A DNA stretch of 64,000 nucleotides from positions 16,259-80,258 of the IMG/VR virus record IMGVR_UViG_3300011772_000022; one strand, 5' to 3'. A program made the translations under genes and the position numbers. The stretch comes from a virus. Lineage: Duplodnaviria; Heunggongvirae; Uroviricota; Caudoviricetes. Below, piece by piece: positions 53,605 through 63,652 of this stretch. Each line of letters begins with the position of its first letter. Positions within the stretch are counted from its first letter, which is position 1. The notes under the pieces were generated by a model. That model was not told where the DNA came from, ran no database searches, and worked only from the letters and a program-made list of their open reading frames with translations.

Positions 53605-56600
53605 TTAGTTACCTTGACGGTTTCCGTAGTTACGGATATTCTCAATTTCCATCATCTTCTTGAACTTCTCGAACAATTGTCTTGCTCCCTTATCTGTCTC
53701 AGCAGGGTCAGATAGGTTGTCTACGTGGATTTGAACCGCTCCTTGAGCAAATGTAATAGTCGTTGCTCCTCCGCCTTGTCCAGAGCCTTGTGGAGCTTCT
53801 GATACAGGTGTCGGAACAGGCATTGGGATTGCAACCTTTCTAGGAGAACTAGACCCCGCACTTAAAGCTGATTCGACAGAAGAGTCTCCTTCACTCATAC
53901 GTTTCTTCATAGCCGTAATAAAGTTGTCAGAGGAACCCATAATGCTTCGAGCAAATTGTGCCTCACTCTTAGTAAGAACCATTTCACCACCATGAAGACG
54001 AGCAACATAATCGTCCTTTGGAACTTTATAAAGACCAGTACGGTGACCCATAAGACCACCAATGAAATCTCCTGCTGCTCCGATGCCATCACCTACAGTT
54101 TTAACAACCTTAGTAACCGTTTGTACGATTGGGTTGTTCATAACGTAAGATTTAGCATCGTCCCAAGCCGATTTAATAGGAGCGAATAGGTCAGCTAAAT
54201 ACGCCTGAGCATCGGATACCATGCTATTGAACGCATCTACCGCCCATTGTTTCGTATTTTCCCAAGCCTCTTGAGCCTTTTGAACAATCCAGTCCCAGAT
54301 TGCCTGTAATAATTCTTGACCGCTAGTTACCATATAGTTCCATGCATCTGTTGCCATTGTTTTAGCAGTTTCCCACACCCAAGGTAATGCAGTACCAGTA
54401 ATCCAGTTCCACAAGTTACCTAAGAGAGTCATACCGTCAGTACAAATCCAATTCCATGCATCTGCCGCAAGTGTCTTCGCAGTTTCCCAAACCCAAGGCA
54501 TTGCCGTTCCTGTAATCCAATTCCATAAGTTTCCTAGAATTGTCATACCATCCGTGCAAATCCAGTTCCAAGCATTTGAAGCTGCCGTTTTCACCCATTC
54601 CCAAGCAGCCGCAGCCCATATAGGAAGGTTGTTCCAGAATTGACCTAACAGTGCAACACCGTCAGTACAAATCCAGTTCCACGCCGCCGAAGCTACGCTT
54701 TTTACCCATTCCCAAGCCTGACCTGCCCAGATAGGAAGGTTGTTCCAGAATTGTCCTAGTAATGCGACACCCTCTGTGGAAATCCAAGTCCAAGCATTTG
54801 AAGCAGTAGTTTTAATCCACTCCCAAGCGGTAGCCGCTCCTGCTTTAATAGAATCCCAGTTTGAGAATATCATGCTGATTGCATCCCAAGCTAAGAGCGC
54901 CCAACCTACGATAGGGATTGCTCTCATTAGACCTTTACCTACTAAGGAAAGACCCATCATAAGACCTTTACCTAACATACCTCCGGCTTTCGGTCCTAAC
55001 AGTGCGAATCCTTTTAGTAAGCTACCACCTACTTTACCTCCGGCTCCAAACATCTTACCTACACCAGAGAACATCTTACTTACAATTCCGCCACCTGCTC
55101 TCGCCGTAGTTGCGCCACCTCTAGATGCTGCACGAGTTAATCCTGCCGCTGCTCCGCCTGCTCTTACTGCACCACCCGCACCTGCACGAGTTGCCGCTCC
55201 TGCACCACCACGAACTGCTCCACCTGCTGCAACCCTAGTTCCTGCACGAGCCGCTTCTTGACGTTGGAATGAGCTAAAAGGCATCATCATTGATGTATTA
55301 CCTGCAACCCCCATACGTTGTGAACGGTTTTTAGAACCAACCACTGCTGCTTTAATACTTCTAGCCCAGTGACCTTTACGTTGACGGGAATCCGTGTAGT
55401 TCATTCCTGCATCGACGAAGTTTCTAGCATTCATGTAACGTCTACGTTGAGCCATCGTTTGCCTAGCCCCACGAGTTGCGTTACCGATACGACCCGGAAT
55501 ACCCATGATAGAAGCACCGAATCCTTTCACCTTGTTCCATGCATTAGAAGGACCACTACGTACAGAAGGAGGAATACTTCTTGTAACTGCTTGTCGAGCG
55601 CCACCCATTTTCTCACGCATCGTACGAATTGGAGAGAATAAGAAGTCACGTAAGCCACCAGTGTATCGATTCTGTCCTCGGACTCGACCGTTCGCATCTG
55701 ATAATGTGTTATGTCCACGTCTTGTACGGATACGGTTTTGCATGTTTCCATTTCGAGTAATTTGACGGTCAGGTAGATATTGGTCACCTCTCCATAAACG
55801 CTGCATGAAACCTTTGAAACCTTGGTTACGAACACGTCTAGATGATTCACCATTTCTACCTTGTCTTGCTAACGTCCCGCCTTGTCCGTAAACAATACGG
55901 CGGTTACCATTCTCATCTCGTTCAACACGAGTATTTAATCGAGTATGGAGACCTTCGTTTCTACGACGTCTTGCTCTATCATTAACATCCATCGCACGGT
56001 TATAACCACCCGCAGCACGTCTTCTATCAGCCTCAGGAACAAGTAATCTAGCAGCACCTCGACCAGTAGCTCTAGCACCACGACCGACCATGCCCATCAT
56101 TCCACCTTGACGGTAGCTATCTCGCATTCCTCGACCCATCTTACCTACGCCGCCCATTAATTTACCCATTAACTTCAATGGAGCAAGAGCAGTACGAATT
56201 GCTTTTGACCATAGGAAGATTGCGCCTCGAATTGCAAGAGCAAGACCTAATGCAACACCGAGATTTTGACCCATCGCTTTGAATCCTGTTGCGTTGTCGT
56301 CAATGCCATCGAAGAACCCAAGAGCTTTAGATAATTCTAAAAGTTTTTCTTTCACCCAACCTAGTATTTCTACCAGAGGAGAAACAAAGACTTTCAGCAT
56401 CTCGAATCCATCTTTCAGACCACCAATGAAGCCATCCCAGAACTGCTTAACGTTTTCAATAGCGTGTACAATGCTGATAAACGATTGGTCTACACCAACC
56501 ATTTGCATTTGTTGCATATTGACAACGTTCTTATTGTCGCCCTTGTCTGTACTATAGTAATCTTTTAAAGATTTCTTCAAGATTTGTGCTTTAACAATCG

Positions 56601-58422
56601 CATTAGACAGTTTACCTTCAATGCCGCCTAACGCATCATTCTGACGGAACTGCTCCTTGAATAAGAAGTCGTTGTTACCTAATAAGCCCATCGTCTTCTT
56701 CGCACGTTTCATTCCTCGGTCTACTTCATTAACCCAACCTGTTACCGCCGTTTTCATTCCTAAGAAGTCATGAGTCCAAGCGATATAAGCAAAGCCAGAT
56801 AAAGCAGATAACCAAAGCAATTTCTTACCCATCATTAATAATGGACCCATTGTTTGGCTTCGGAAGATTTGACCCATTGTACTGAATCCTCGTCCGGCGA
56901 CCTCCGCACTGTTACCTAATGCACCGAGCGTTACCGCAGCAGAAGCAATAGAACCGTACATCGACATTAATGCCCCTACGAAGATAAGAATTCCACCGAC
57001 AACCATTGTTAATGCCCCGGCTACAAGACCAGTCATTGCAACGAATTTCGTCAATTGTGGATGTTGTTGTGCAAATTTACCGATAGCTGCAAGACCATCA
57101 GCCACACCTTTTAGAACCTTATTAACCGGACCTAAAACGGATAGACCCATGATAGTCATTAAGGTTTCCTTCGCACCTTCGAGAATTTTCTGCGTACCGT
57201 AAGTGGTATTCATCATCTCTTCCATGTACTTATCGGAATACCCTTTTGAGCCTTTACCTAATTGGTCACGGAGGTTGAATGGGTCAATGCCTGATTCCTT
57301 GTACTTATCCATCATCTGAATAACAGGTAAACCTTCTACCCCGAATAAGTCAATCAGTTTTTCCTCACGAGCCTTCGTGTTACCCCATAGTTCTTTCGAC
57401 TTTGTATTGATTTTGTCGAATACCTTTAAGATGTCATCTTCTTTCTCAAGGTCGATACCCAAAGCAGCCCATAATCCTCCACGCTTAGATTCTGGTGAAG
57501 ACCCCATCGCCTGTAACATACCACGAGACATAGAGTTCATCATCATACCTGAAGCACGAGGTTGGAATTGCGTTGACATCATACCCATTAAAGTTAAGAA
57601 TGAATCTTCCCCTGTTTCCGAACGTCTTAATCCCATGTTGTCATATGCAGCACGAGTAGACTGGAAAGCACGGTTAATTCCATCGATATCAGTTGTGAAT
57701 AAATCGGCAGTTTTTGCTACTTTATCCAGTGCGGTTTTAGCGTAATCTACGTCTTTACCAGTTGTCTTCAAGTAACCGTTCAAGAATTTAACCGATTCCG
57801 CTTCGTCCATTTTTCCGCCAGATAAGAATGCCATCTCTGTAACAGGTTTTAACATTTTCATGGCTTTATTGTAGTCGTAACCTGCACGTTGGATTTCTAC
57901 CAGACCTTCAGCAACCTTTTGGTTTGTAGTAGGCATCGCCATACCGAGTTCTTGGACCTGACGAGTCGCTTCTGCTAATTGCGAATTATCTAATTGTCCT
58001 AAAAACTTAACCTCTTTCATCGTTTTCTCAAATTTTGATGCCATAGAAATCGCTTCAGTAAAAAAGCCCGTAATTGCACGACCCGCATTCATGAAGCCAA
58101 CCCCAGTCATGGAGGTAGCTACCCCTGCCATGACGACAGAGTTGAGTTCGTTCTGCAAATTACGGACTTGATATTGGAACCTCTGCATGTTACCACGCAT
58201 CTGCTCCATATTTTGATTGACACGACCAGTTGTGTTTGAAAGTATGTTATTAAAACGATTGAAAGGGGCGGCAAGAGCTGAATCCCAGTTACGGGGTACC
58301 TCTTGTGCGAATCTTCGGGAATCTTGAATTAGGCGCATTTGCTGCTGCCCTAATTGTTGAAACCCACGAACCGCATCTCCTACATCTGCATAAACGTGAA
58401 TACCATTGTTTATCAGGTTCAT
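53605..58422 (-). CDS. tail tape measure protein (1605 aa)
   Basis: Position after the chaperone pair. N-terminal coiled-coil, central hydrophobic segments, five tandem ~41-aa repeats (WEWVKTAASNAWNWICTDG..LLGQFWNNLPIWA; DNA 54255-54870) and an Arg/Gly-rich low-complexity segment (DNA 55032-56082). Confidence 0.8.
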   Translation of the reverse strand: MNLINNGIHVYADVGDAVRGFQQLGQQQMRLIQDSRRFAQEVPRNWDSALAAPFNRFNNILSNTTGRVNQNMEQMRGNMQRFQYQVRNLQNELNSVVMAGVATSMTGVGFMNAGRAITGFFTEAISMASKFEKTMKEVKFLGQLDNSQLAEATRQVQELGMAMPTTNQKVAEGLVEIQRAGYDYNKAMKMLKPVTEMAFLSGGKMDEAESVKFLNGYLKTTGKDVDYAKTALDKVAKTADLFTTDIDGINRAFQSTRAAYDNMGLRRSETGEDSFLTLMGMMSTQFQPRASGMMMNSMSRGMLQAMGSSPESKRGGLWAALGIDLEKEDDILKVFDKINTKSKELWGNTKAREEKLIDLFGVEGLPVIQMMDKYKESGIDPFNLRDQLGKGSKGYSDKYMEEMMNTTYGTQKILEGAKETLMTIMGLSVLGPVNKVLKGVADGLAAIGKFAQQHPQLTKFVAMTGLVAGALTMVVGGILIFVGALMSMYGSIASAAVTLGALGNSAEVAGRGFSTMGQIFRSQTMGPLLMMGKKLLWLSALSGFAYIAWTHDFLGMKTAVTGWVNEVDRGMKRAKKTMGLLGNNDFLFKEQFRQNDALGGIEGKLSNAIVKAQILKKSLKDYYSTDKGDNKNVVNMQQMQMVGVDQSFISIVHAIENVKQFWDGFIGGLKDGFEMLKVFVSPLVEILGWVKEKLLELSKALGFFDGIDDNATGFKAMGQNLGVALGLALAIRGAIFLWSKAIRTALAPLKLMGKLMGGVGKMGRGMRDSYRQGGMMGMVGRGARATGRGAARLLVPEADRRRAAGGYNRAMDVNDRARRRRNEGLHTRLNTRVERDENGNRRIVYGQGGTLARQGRNGESSRRVRNQGFKGFMQRLWRGDQYLPDRQITRNGNMQNRIRTRRGHNTLSDANGRVRGQNRYTGGLRDFLFSPIRTMREKMGGARQAVTRSIPPSVRSGPSNAWNKVKGFGASIMGIPGRIGNATRGARQTMAQRRRYMNARNFVDAGMNYTDSRQRKGHWARSIKAAVVGSKNRSQRMGVAGNTSMMMPFSSFQRQEAARAGTRVAAGGAVRGGAGAATRAGAGGAVRAGGAAAGLTRAASRGGATTARAGGGIVSKMFSGVGKMFGAGGKVGGSLLKGFALLGPKAGGMLGKGLMMGLSLVGKGLMRAIPIVGWALLAWDAISMIFSNWDSIKAGAATAWEWIKTTASNAWTWISTEGVALLGQFWNNLPIWAGQAWEWVKSVASAAWNWICTDGVALLGQFWNNLPIWAAAAWEWVKTAASNAWNWICTDGMTILGNLWNWITGTAMPWVWETAKTLAADAWNWICTDGMTLLGNLWNWITGTALPWVWETAKTMATDAWNYMVTSGQELLQAIWDWIVQKAQEAWENTKQWAVDAFNSMVSDAQAYLADLFAPIKSAWDDAKSYVMNNPIVQTVTKVVKTVGDGIGAAGDFIGGLMGHRTGLYKVPKDDYVARLHGGEMVLTKSEAQFARSIMGSSDNFITAMKKRMSEGDSSVESALSAGSSSPRKVAIPMPVPTPVSEAPQGSGQGGGATTITFAQGAVQIHVDNLSDPAETDKGARQLFEKFKKMMEIENIRNYGNRQGN

Positions 58423-58428
58423 AGGAAT

Positions 58429-58605
58429 CTACACCTCTTTCGCATTATTCTCCATTTGTACATGTTCAATTATAAATTCAACCCATCGTTTTCGCTCTCG
58501 TGGCGGTAAATTTAGTAACGTATTTCTATCCCAATGGTAGTAATACGCTATAAGATGCATTTCATGGAACGGGTCTGTGGTTAGAAACCTGAACATATCT
58601 GCCAT
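58429..58605 (-). CDS. tail assembly chaperone, -1 frameshift extension ORF (gpT/E'-analog)
   Basis: Open in the -1 frame for 14 codons upstream of its ATG, overlapping the last 7 codons of 58626..59402. The slippery heptamer A_AAT_TTT lies at the very end of the upstream ORF. Confidence 0.45.
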   Translation of the reverse strand: MADMFRFLTTDPFHEMHLIAYYYHWDRNTLLNLPPRERKRWVEFIIEHVQMENNAKEV

Positions 58606-58625
58606 GAAATACTCACTTATAGTGC

Positions 58626-59402
58626 TTATAGAAAATTTACTGGGTTAACACCAACATCGAACGTAGCACCGCAAGATGGGCAATCGATTTCGATTTTAAA
58701 GTTAGGACCAAAGTGGCTCTCACCGATTAAGACAACCAGTTTCTCACGGTCAGCAACACTCATGTCTTTGAACGTTTTAGCAGATAACTTCACTGTACCC
58801 AAGTCTTTTACACAACGAGTAATTAATGAAGTATTTGCTTGACCCATGTTCTTACGAGCAATTGAGTCTAAAAGTTCTTGGTCTTCACCAGTTGGTAATC
58901 GTAATGTACCGTGTTTAATAAGGTTACCCTCTTTGTCACGTACACCACGTTTCAGTTCGAATGGAATGTTATGAGGACTCACATCTAGTTCGTCAATCTC
59001 AAGTTCGTCCCACTCTAGGATGTGCTTACCTTTTTGCTTGCACTCTGGGTTTTGGCATTGGAACGGTAATTCCACATCGCCGCCGTAAGTTAATTTACGA
59101 ATTTCCATTAACAGTAAATCACGGTCACCTAAGTATAAGCTCTTAACGACTTTTTCCCATTGAGCAGGTTTCATGTCCTTGCTCGTATATGGACCAATTT
59201 TCGTTACACAACCTACTAATAATGAAGTTACAAGGCGACCAATGTTCGAGCGGTTTTCAGTTTTCTGAACCATCTCTTCGTCTACCCCTAACATCTCACG
59301 AATGACTGCATCCGTATGTGTTACACCTGCTTCGTCAGTATATCCCGCTAATAGAGTTACCTCTTGTGTTTCAAAAATTTGCTCTTCGTTTGCTTTTGCC
59401 AT
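58626..59402 (-). CDS. tail assembly chaperone (gpG/E-analog, 258 aa) with CxxC...CPSCG zinc ribbon
   Basis: Position between the tail tube and tape-measure genes. Confidence 0.5.
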   Translation of the reverse strand: MAKANEEQIFETQEVTLLAGYTDEAGVTHTDAVIREMLGVDEEMVQKTENRSNIGRLVTSLLVGCVTKIGPYTSKDMKPAQWEKVVKSLYLGDRDLLLMEIRKLTYGGDVELPFQCQNPECKQKGKHILEWDELEIDELDVSPHNIPFELKRGVRDKEGNLIKHGTLRLPTGEDQELLDSIARKNMGQANTSLITRCVKDLGTVKLSAKTFKDMSVADREKLVVLIGESHFGPNFKIEIDCPSCGATFDVGVNPVNFL

Positions 59403-59467
59403 TTCTGTTTCCTCCTCAAATCTATTTTTTCTGCTCTATATTCGTCCTCCACCGATTGAAAAAGATT

Positions 59468-59492
59468 GGGAGAGAGCTGCCTTCCCTCTCCC
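59468..59492 (-). terminator. rho-independent terminator (GGGAGAG..CTCTCCC plus AATCTTTTTC on the minus strand) between the tail tube and chaperone genes
   Basis: gggagagagctgccttccctctccc; T-run on the minus-strand transcript. Confidence 0.5.
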
Positions 59493-59499
59493 AGTCCCA

Positions 59500-59925
59500 T
59501 TAAGCTAACTCTTCGAATTGAATCTCTACAGACTCAACCGCTACGTCAGAAGAAGATGCGTCTAATTCTGGCGCTGCCACTTTAGATGCCCATGCTTCGA
59601 ACAGTGTCCAAGTACGCATGTCACGACCTAAATGGTCTTGCTCCGTAATTGTAATTGTCTTACGGAAGTTTTCTTGAGTTAACACTTGTTTGAACCATGT
59701 GAACAAGTGCTTGTCTTTGAATGAACCACGTTCAAGAGTTACTGTACCAGTCTTCTCTTGACCCGGGATTTTACGCATACGGTTATATCCGCCTTCACGG
59801 TATTCCGTAACCTCGATTTCAGATTCAAGACCAGAAGCCTTTTGGAATCCGATACCAGTGATTCCTTCAATCGAAATCTTAAATCGGTATTGTTGAGTTG
59901 GGTCTTCAGCAAGTGTACGTCCCAT
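59500..59925 (-). CDS. tail tube protein (contractile tail, gp19/FII-like)
   Basis: YRFKISIEGITGIGFQKASGLESEIEVTEYREGG...KIPGQEKTGTVTLERG is the classic tail-tube signature. Confidence 0.8.
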   Translation of the reverse strand: MGRTLAEDPTQQYRFKISIEGITGIGFQKASGLESEIEVTEYREGGYNRMRKIPGQEKTGTVTLERGSFKDKHLFTWFKQVLTQENFRKTITITEQDHLGRDMRTWTLFEAWASKVAAPELDASSSDVAVESVEIQFEELA

Positions 59926-59971
59926 AATTAGTAGCCTCCTTTATAGTTAAGCCGGAAGTAACCCCGAAGGA

Positions 59972-61420
59972 TTACTTACCTGCGCTTTTTTGAGATAATT
60001 CGATAACAACGAATTCACCCGGACGGTTGATTGCTACACCAACCTGAGCTTTTACGAATCCTGCATCGATTGAATCTGGTGTGTTTAACTCAGCATCACA
60101 TTTTACGAAGAATGCATCCTCAACTTTATCGCCTTGGAACATACCTTTCGAAAATTCGTTTCGTAGGAAACCGCCAAGTGAAGCAGTTAAACGACCCCAT
60201 AAATCTTTGTTGTTTGGCTCAAATACTGCCCAACGTGTACCTTCTTGCATTGAAGAAGCAAGGTATAATAATGAACGCTTAACGTTCAGATATTTTGTGT
60301 TAGGGTTTGGAGAAATCGTACGAGCGCCCCACATTACTAATCCTGCACCAGAAATTAAACGGATAACGTTGATTCCTTTAGGATTTAGTAAGTCTTGGTC
60401 GTTGTCCTCGATTTTCACCTTAACATCTAAAGCACCTTTGATTCCTGCTTCAATTCCCGCAGGAGCTTTGTGTACTCCACGAGTACCATCGATACGAGCA
60501 ATCAATCCTGCATAGTGACCACAAGCAGGTAACCAACGAGATTTATCACGAGAGCGTGATAATGGGTCAGATACCTTAATCCAAGGGAAGCACATTGCAG
60601 TATTTTCAGAACCGTATTTCTCACGTTCAGTAAGAATTGATTCTTTCGTAGCATCCGCAGGTCCCTCTAAGATGAATGTTGCACGACGTTTTTCCGCATA
60701 AGCGTAAGCCGCCTTGTTAACTGCATCAGATTGAGATTCTGGGATAGCCAGTAAGTTAAAGCTCGTACCATCTAATTTTGCTAGAGCAGCAATTAATTCA
60801 GTATCAGATGCACCAGAGATTCCATCAGAACCGCCCGCAAGAGCAATTTCTTTGTCCTCATCCGTTGGGTCGATAGCAGGAGATGGAACCACTACTTTAA
60901 CCTCTACGAATTTGCTTGCACCGTTTACTACGTACTCGATGAAAGTATCTTTAGAAGCATCAAGTGATACGTCATAAGATTCTACGACTTTACCTTTATA
61001 TGACACTGTGAAGATAGCAGGTTTTGAAGCATCAGTTTTCAGTTTAACTTTTACGTCGTTACCGAATGACCCTGCTTCAACCGCAGTAACAGTGATGATT
61101 GCATCAACACCAGTTTTCTTGTACGTATAAGTAGCAGCTTTCATGTCTTTACCTGCACGTACGATTTTTGCCTTAGTTCCGCCGTTTTGGAAGAATCCAT
61201 ATACTGCGTAAGCTAAGTTAGCATTTGGAACGAACGCTGAGTCCAAACCATATGCACAACGGTCAACGAATTCTGTCCAAGAAGTAATTGACATTGCTTC
61301 CTGTGAACCACGTTTTAAGTAACCGATAAATGCAGCTTCAGATGTACCTACACCTTCGATTGGCGCTGCACCGTTATTAGTTTCTAATACGGTAACGCCG
61401 GGATGTAAAATTTCAGCCAT
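59972..61420 (-). CDS. tail sheath protein
   Basis: N-terminal MAEILHPGVTVLETNNGAAPIEGVGTSEAAFIGY matches the sheath N-terminus (PGV..E.....P...V.TS.A.FIG); 482 aa; directly upstream of the tube gene. Confidence 0.8.
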   Translation of the reverse strand: MAEILHPGVTVLETNNGAAPIEGVGTSEAAFIGYLKRGSQEAMSITSWTEFVDRCAYGLDSAFVPNANLAYAVYGFFQNGGTKAKIVRAGKDMKAATYTYKKTGVDAIITVTAVEAGSFGNDVKVKLKTDASKPAIFTVSYKGKVVESYDVSLDASKDTFIEYVVNGASKFVEVKVVVPSPAIDPTDEDKEIALAGGSDGISGASDTELIAALAKLDGTSFNLLAIPESQSDAVNKAAYAYAEKRRATFILEGPADATKESILTEREKYGSENTAMCFPWIKVSDPLSRSRDKSRWLPACGHYAGLIARIDGTRGVHKAPAGIEAGIKGALDVKVKIEDNDQDLLNPKGINVIRLISGAGLVMWGARTISPNPNTKYLNVKRSLLYLASSMQEGTRWAVFEPNNKDLWGRLTASLGGFLRNEFSKGMFQGDKVEDAFFVKCDAELNTPDSIDAGFVKAQVGVAINRPGEFVVIELSQKSAGK

Positions 61421-61432
61421 CAGTAATCCCTC

Positions 61433-61714
61433 CTATTTTTGTTCTTTCGAACCACGTTTTCTTTTCGGTTGTTCCACTACCTCTTCTACAACAACAGGTT
61501 CAGGTTGGAAAACCTCAGCTGCCATCGTTTCTACAGGTTGTGGGCTATAGCTTATGATTATCAGATGTTCATTTCTTGCGAAACTCTCATCGTCAATCGC
61601 TCCTATAGGTAGGTGTTTTACCTCTCTTGGTTCAAAGCGATATGATTCGCCTTGGAGAGTAACCTGAGTCTGATAGAAGAGGGTATTAAATACCTCGACC
61701 GTTCTCTCAGCCAC
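61433..61714 (-). CDS. hypothetical structural protein (93 aa)
   Basis: ORF upstream of the sheath gene. Confidence 0.45.
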   Translation of the reverse strand: MAERTVEVFNTLFYQTQVTLQGESYRFEPREVKHLPIGAIDDESFARNEHLIIISYSPQPVETMAAEVFQPEPVVVEEVVEQPKRKRGSKEQK

Positions 61715-62330
61715 GTTGATTCCCCCTATCCTGTTTATCTTTTATATCTGCATCGATAGCCACTTCTTTAACACGTTTGTAACGTTGAATAGAAGCAGTA
61801 TCTAGTCGAGCATTCACACAGTAGCGGAAGATTCGTCTAAAGAAGCGTTGGTCAGAGTATTTCGACCCTGTATCCCATAACTTCGTATCACCATTCTTGA
61901 AGTGTTTTAGTTCGACGAATGCTCCATAATCTTCTCCGTTGGAATCAGCTACAATCAATGTCCCGAAAGCCGGGATTAATGCTTGCAGTTGGTGAGTCAT
62001 CGTAATGATGTCTTCCTGCCAATCGGACCAGATATCAATTTGGTAATAGACCTTATACGGCATAGCAGGTTTCTTTAACTCTGCATCACCTTGTAAATCC
62101 CCAATATCGATGGTGTAATCAGATTCAAGACGTCCTTTATCAGGTAGTAGGTCGTATTGAAACAGTGATACCATCGATTGACCTGCCATGTCTGGCATCC
62201 CTTCCCCTTCAGGTAGATGGAATGTGACAGGACAAGGTATCTTTTCGCCTTTATCGTTCTTGACGAAGATTTTGCCTGTTAACAGGGTCATTAGAGCTTC
62301 GTCCAGTTGGTCAATAAAAACAGAAGACAT
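61707..62330 (-). CDS. hypothetical tail/neck protein (207 aa)
   Basis: ORF in the structural operon. Confidence 0.45.
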   Translation of the reverse strand: MSSVFIDQLDEALMTLLTGKIFVKNDKGEKIPCPVTFHLPEGEGMPDMAGQSMVSLFQYDLLPDKGRLESDYTIDIGDLQGDAELKKPAMPYKVYYQIDIWSDWQEDIITMTHQLQALIPAFGTLIVADSNGEDYGAFVELKHFKNGDTKLWDTGSKYSDQRFFRRIFRYCVNARLDTASIQRYKRVKEVAIDADIKDKQDRGNQRG

Positions 62331-62334
62331 GTTA

Positions 62335-62832
62335 TCACCCTCTCAATACGCCTTTACCGATAGAATTTAGAATCTTGTTAATCTGAGGGCTTACCCTCTC
62401 GAATGCCGGAGAAATCAATGGTCTAGCTGAGTCTAGCTTGTCTACTAATTGGGATATACTGTACCCCGAGTAGTGACTGCCATTGCTAAATCCTGCCCAA
62501 GCACGGAAACGTAAATTACCATCTTGAGTGATTTCAGTCGTTAGATGTCCTAGTAAATCACCTTTATAGATATAAGGAGAGTTCGGGCTACCACCAAGCA
62601 TAGCCTTCTTCTTTTTATACCAAAGTGTATCTAGGTTCCATAGCCCCATACCATCGCCTGCAATGAAGTTTTCAATGCTTTCTTGGTACAGGATTGCAGC
62701 ATCTAACGTTGCTTCTTTCGCCTCATTGGATAATTGCTCACCCGCAACCTGAAAGGTATGGCGATTGTTGTACAAAGACCCAGAATACTTTACGCTACTT
62801 GCCACGGTTCTGAGACCTCCTTTGACACCCAA
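62335..62832 (-). CDS. hypothetical tail/neck protein (165 aa)
   Basis: ORF. Confidence 0.45.
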   Translation of the reverse strand: MGVKGGLRTVASSVKYSGSLYNNRHTFQVAGEQLSNEAKEATLDAAILYQESIENFIAGDGMGLWNLDTLWYKKKKAMLGGSPNSPYIYKGDLLGHLTTEITQDGNLRFRAWAGFSNGSHYSGYSISQLVDKLDSARPLISPAFERVSPQINKILNSIGKGVLRG

Positions 62833-63196
62833 CCCTCACTAATAGTGGGTCGCCGCCAACGATTCCCTTCTGTTGAAGAGAAGTGATGAAATAACGAAAG
62901 TCCTTAATGTCTATTGCATCATCGACATTGAGTTCGATACCCGCTTTCATCGCTACGTGCAGCGGAACTTTCACGACGATATCAACATTCTCTTTGTCGA
63001 ATCCGTATTCCTCTAGCTCCTCCGCTGAAGGGTCATATTTGACGAAAGCCGTAATCGGAATCGGGTCATACTCTTTCACCTTGCTCTCACCGTATCGGTT
63101 TTTCTCGGACGGTTTATACTTTTGGTATATAACCGGGCTACCAACACGTTCTAGCACTCTATCGATTGACCCTTGATAATAAGTGCGATTCAACAT
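62795..63196 (-). CDS. hypothetical head-tail connector-region protein (133 aa)
   Basis: ORF. Confidence 0.45.
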   Translation of the reverse strand: MLNRTYYQGSIDRVLERVGSPVIYQKYKPSEKNRYGESKVKEYDPIPITAFVKYDPSAEELEEYGFDKENVDIVVKVPLHVAMKAGIELNVDDAIDIKDFRYFITSLQQKGIVGGDPLLVRVGCQRRSQNRGK

Positions 63197-63648
63197 TAGT
63201 AAGCACTCCCATCAGGTTTCGGGACCATGCGGTTGTCTGAGACACGCCACCTTGATGCATCCGAAACAGTAATAGTGTCTACTTTTGCTGCAAGCTCCTC
63301 ATCAAGTGATTTCTCTAAAGCCGTTGCCAGTTTTAGATAGTTAGAGGCAGTATGTTGTTGGTGAACCTCCAAGTCTCCCTCAATACGGAAGCGGTGGAAT
63401 CGAGCATGTTTTCCTGCTAAGTTATAATAGCCGTTCTTCTGAGCGACCTTTAATACTAACGGGATATACTCACGAGGCAGTTTTTCAATCGGTACTTCTC
63501 CATATGGATACCCCACTTCTGATAGCGCATCGACAATTAAATCTTGCAGCTCTTCATCGGTAGGTGGAAACACTTCATCGTCTACTCTAGCTTTCAGTCT
63601 ATTGACCAAGAATTCGAGTGTTATAGGTTGAAGGTCCATCAGGCTCAC
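63196..63648 (-). CDS. hypothetical head-tail connector-region protein (150 aa)
   Basis: ORF; ATGA coupling. Confidence 0.45.
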   Translation of the reverse strand: MSLMDLQPITLEFLVNRLKARVDDEVFPPTDEELQDLIVDALSEVGYPYGEVPIEKLPREYIPLVLKVAQKNGYYNLAGKHARFHRFRIEGDLEVHQQHTASNYLKLATALEKSLDEELAAKVDTITVSDASRWRVSDNRMVPKPDGSAY

Positions 63649-63652
63649 CGCC

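Noticed and set aside
54255-54870. Regular ~123-bp DNA repeats that look superficially like an array
   Set aside because: They are in-frame protein repeats within the tape measure gene. There are no unique spacers and no leader, so this is not a CRISPR array.
54740-55261. Plus-strand 173-aa ORF rich in Ala/Pro
   Set aside because: It is antisense to the Arg/Gly/Ala-rich low-complexity part of the tape measure gene. GC-rich repeats keep the opposite strand open. It has no RBS and is on the wrong strand for this operon.
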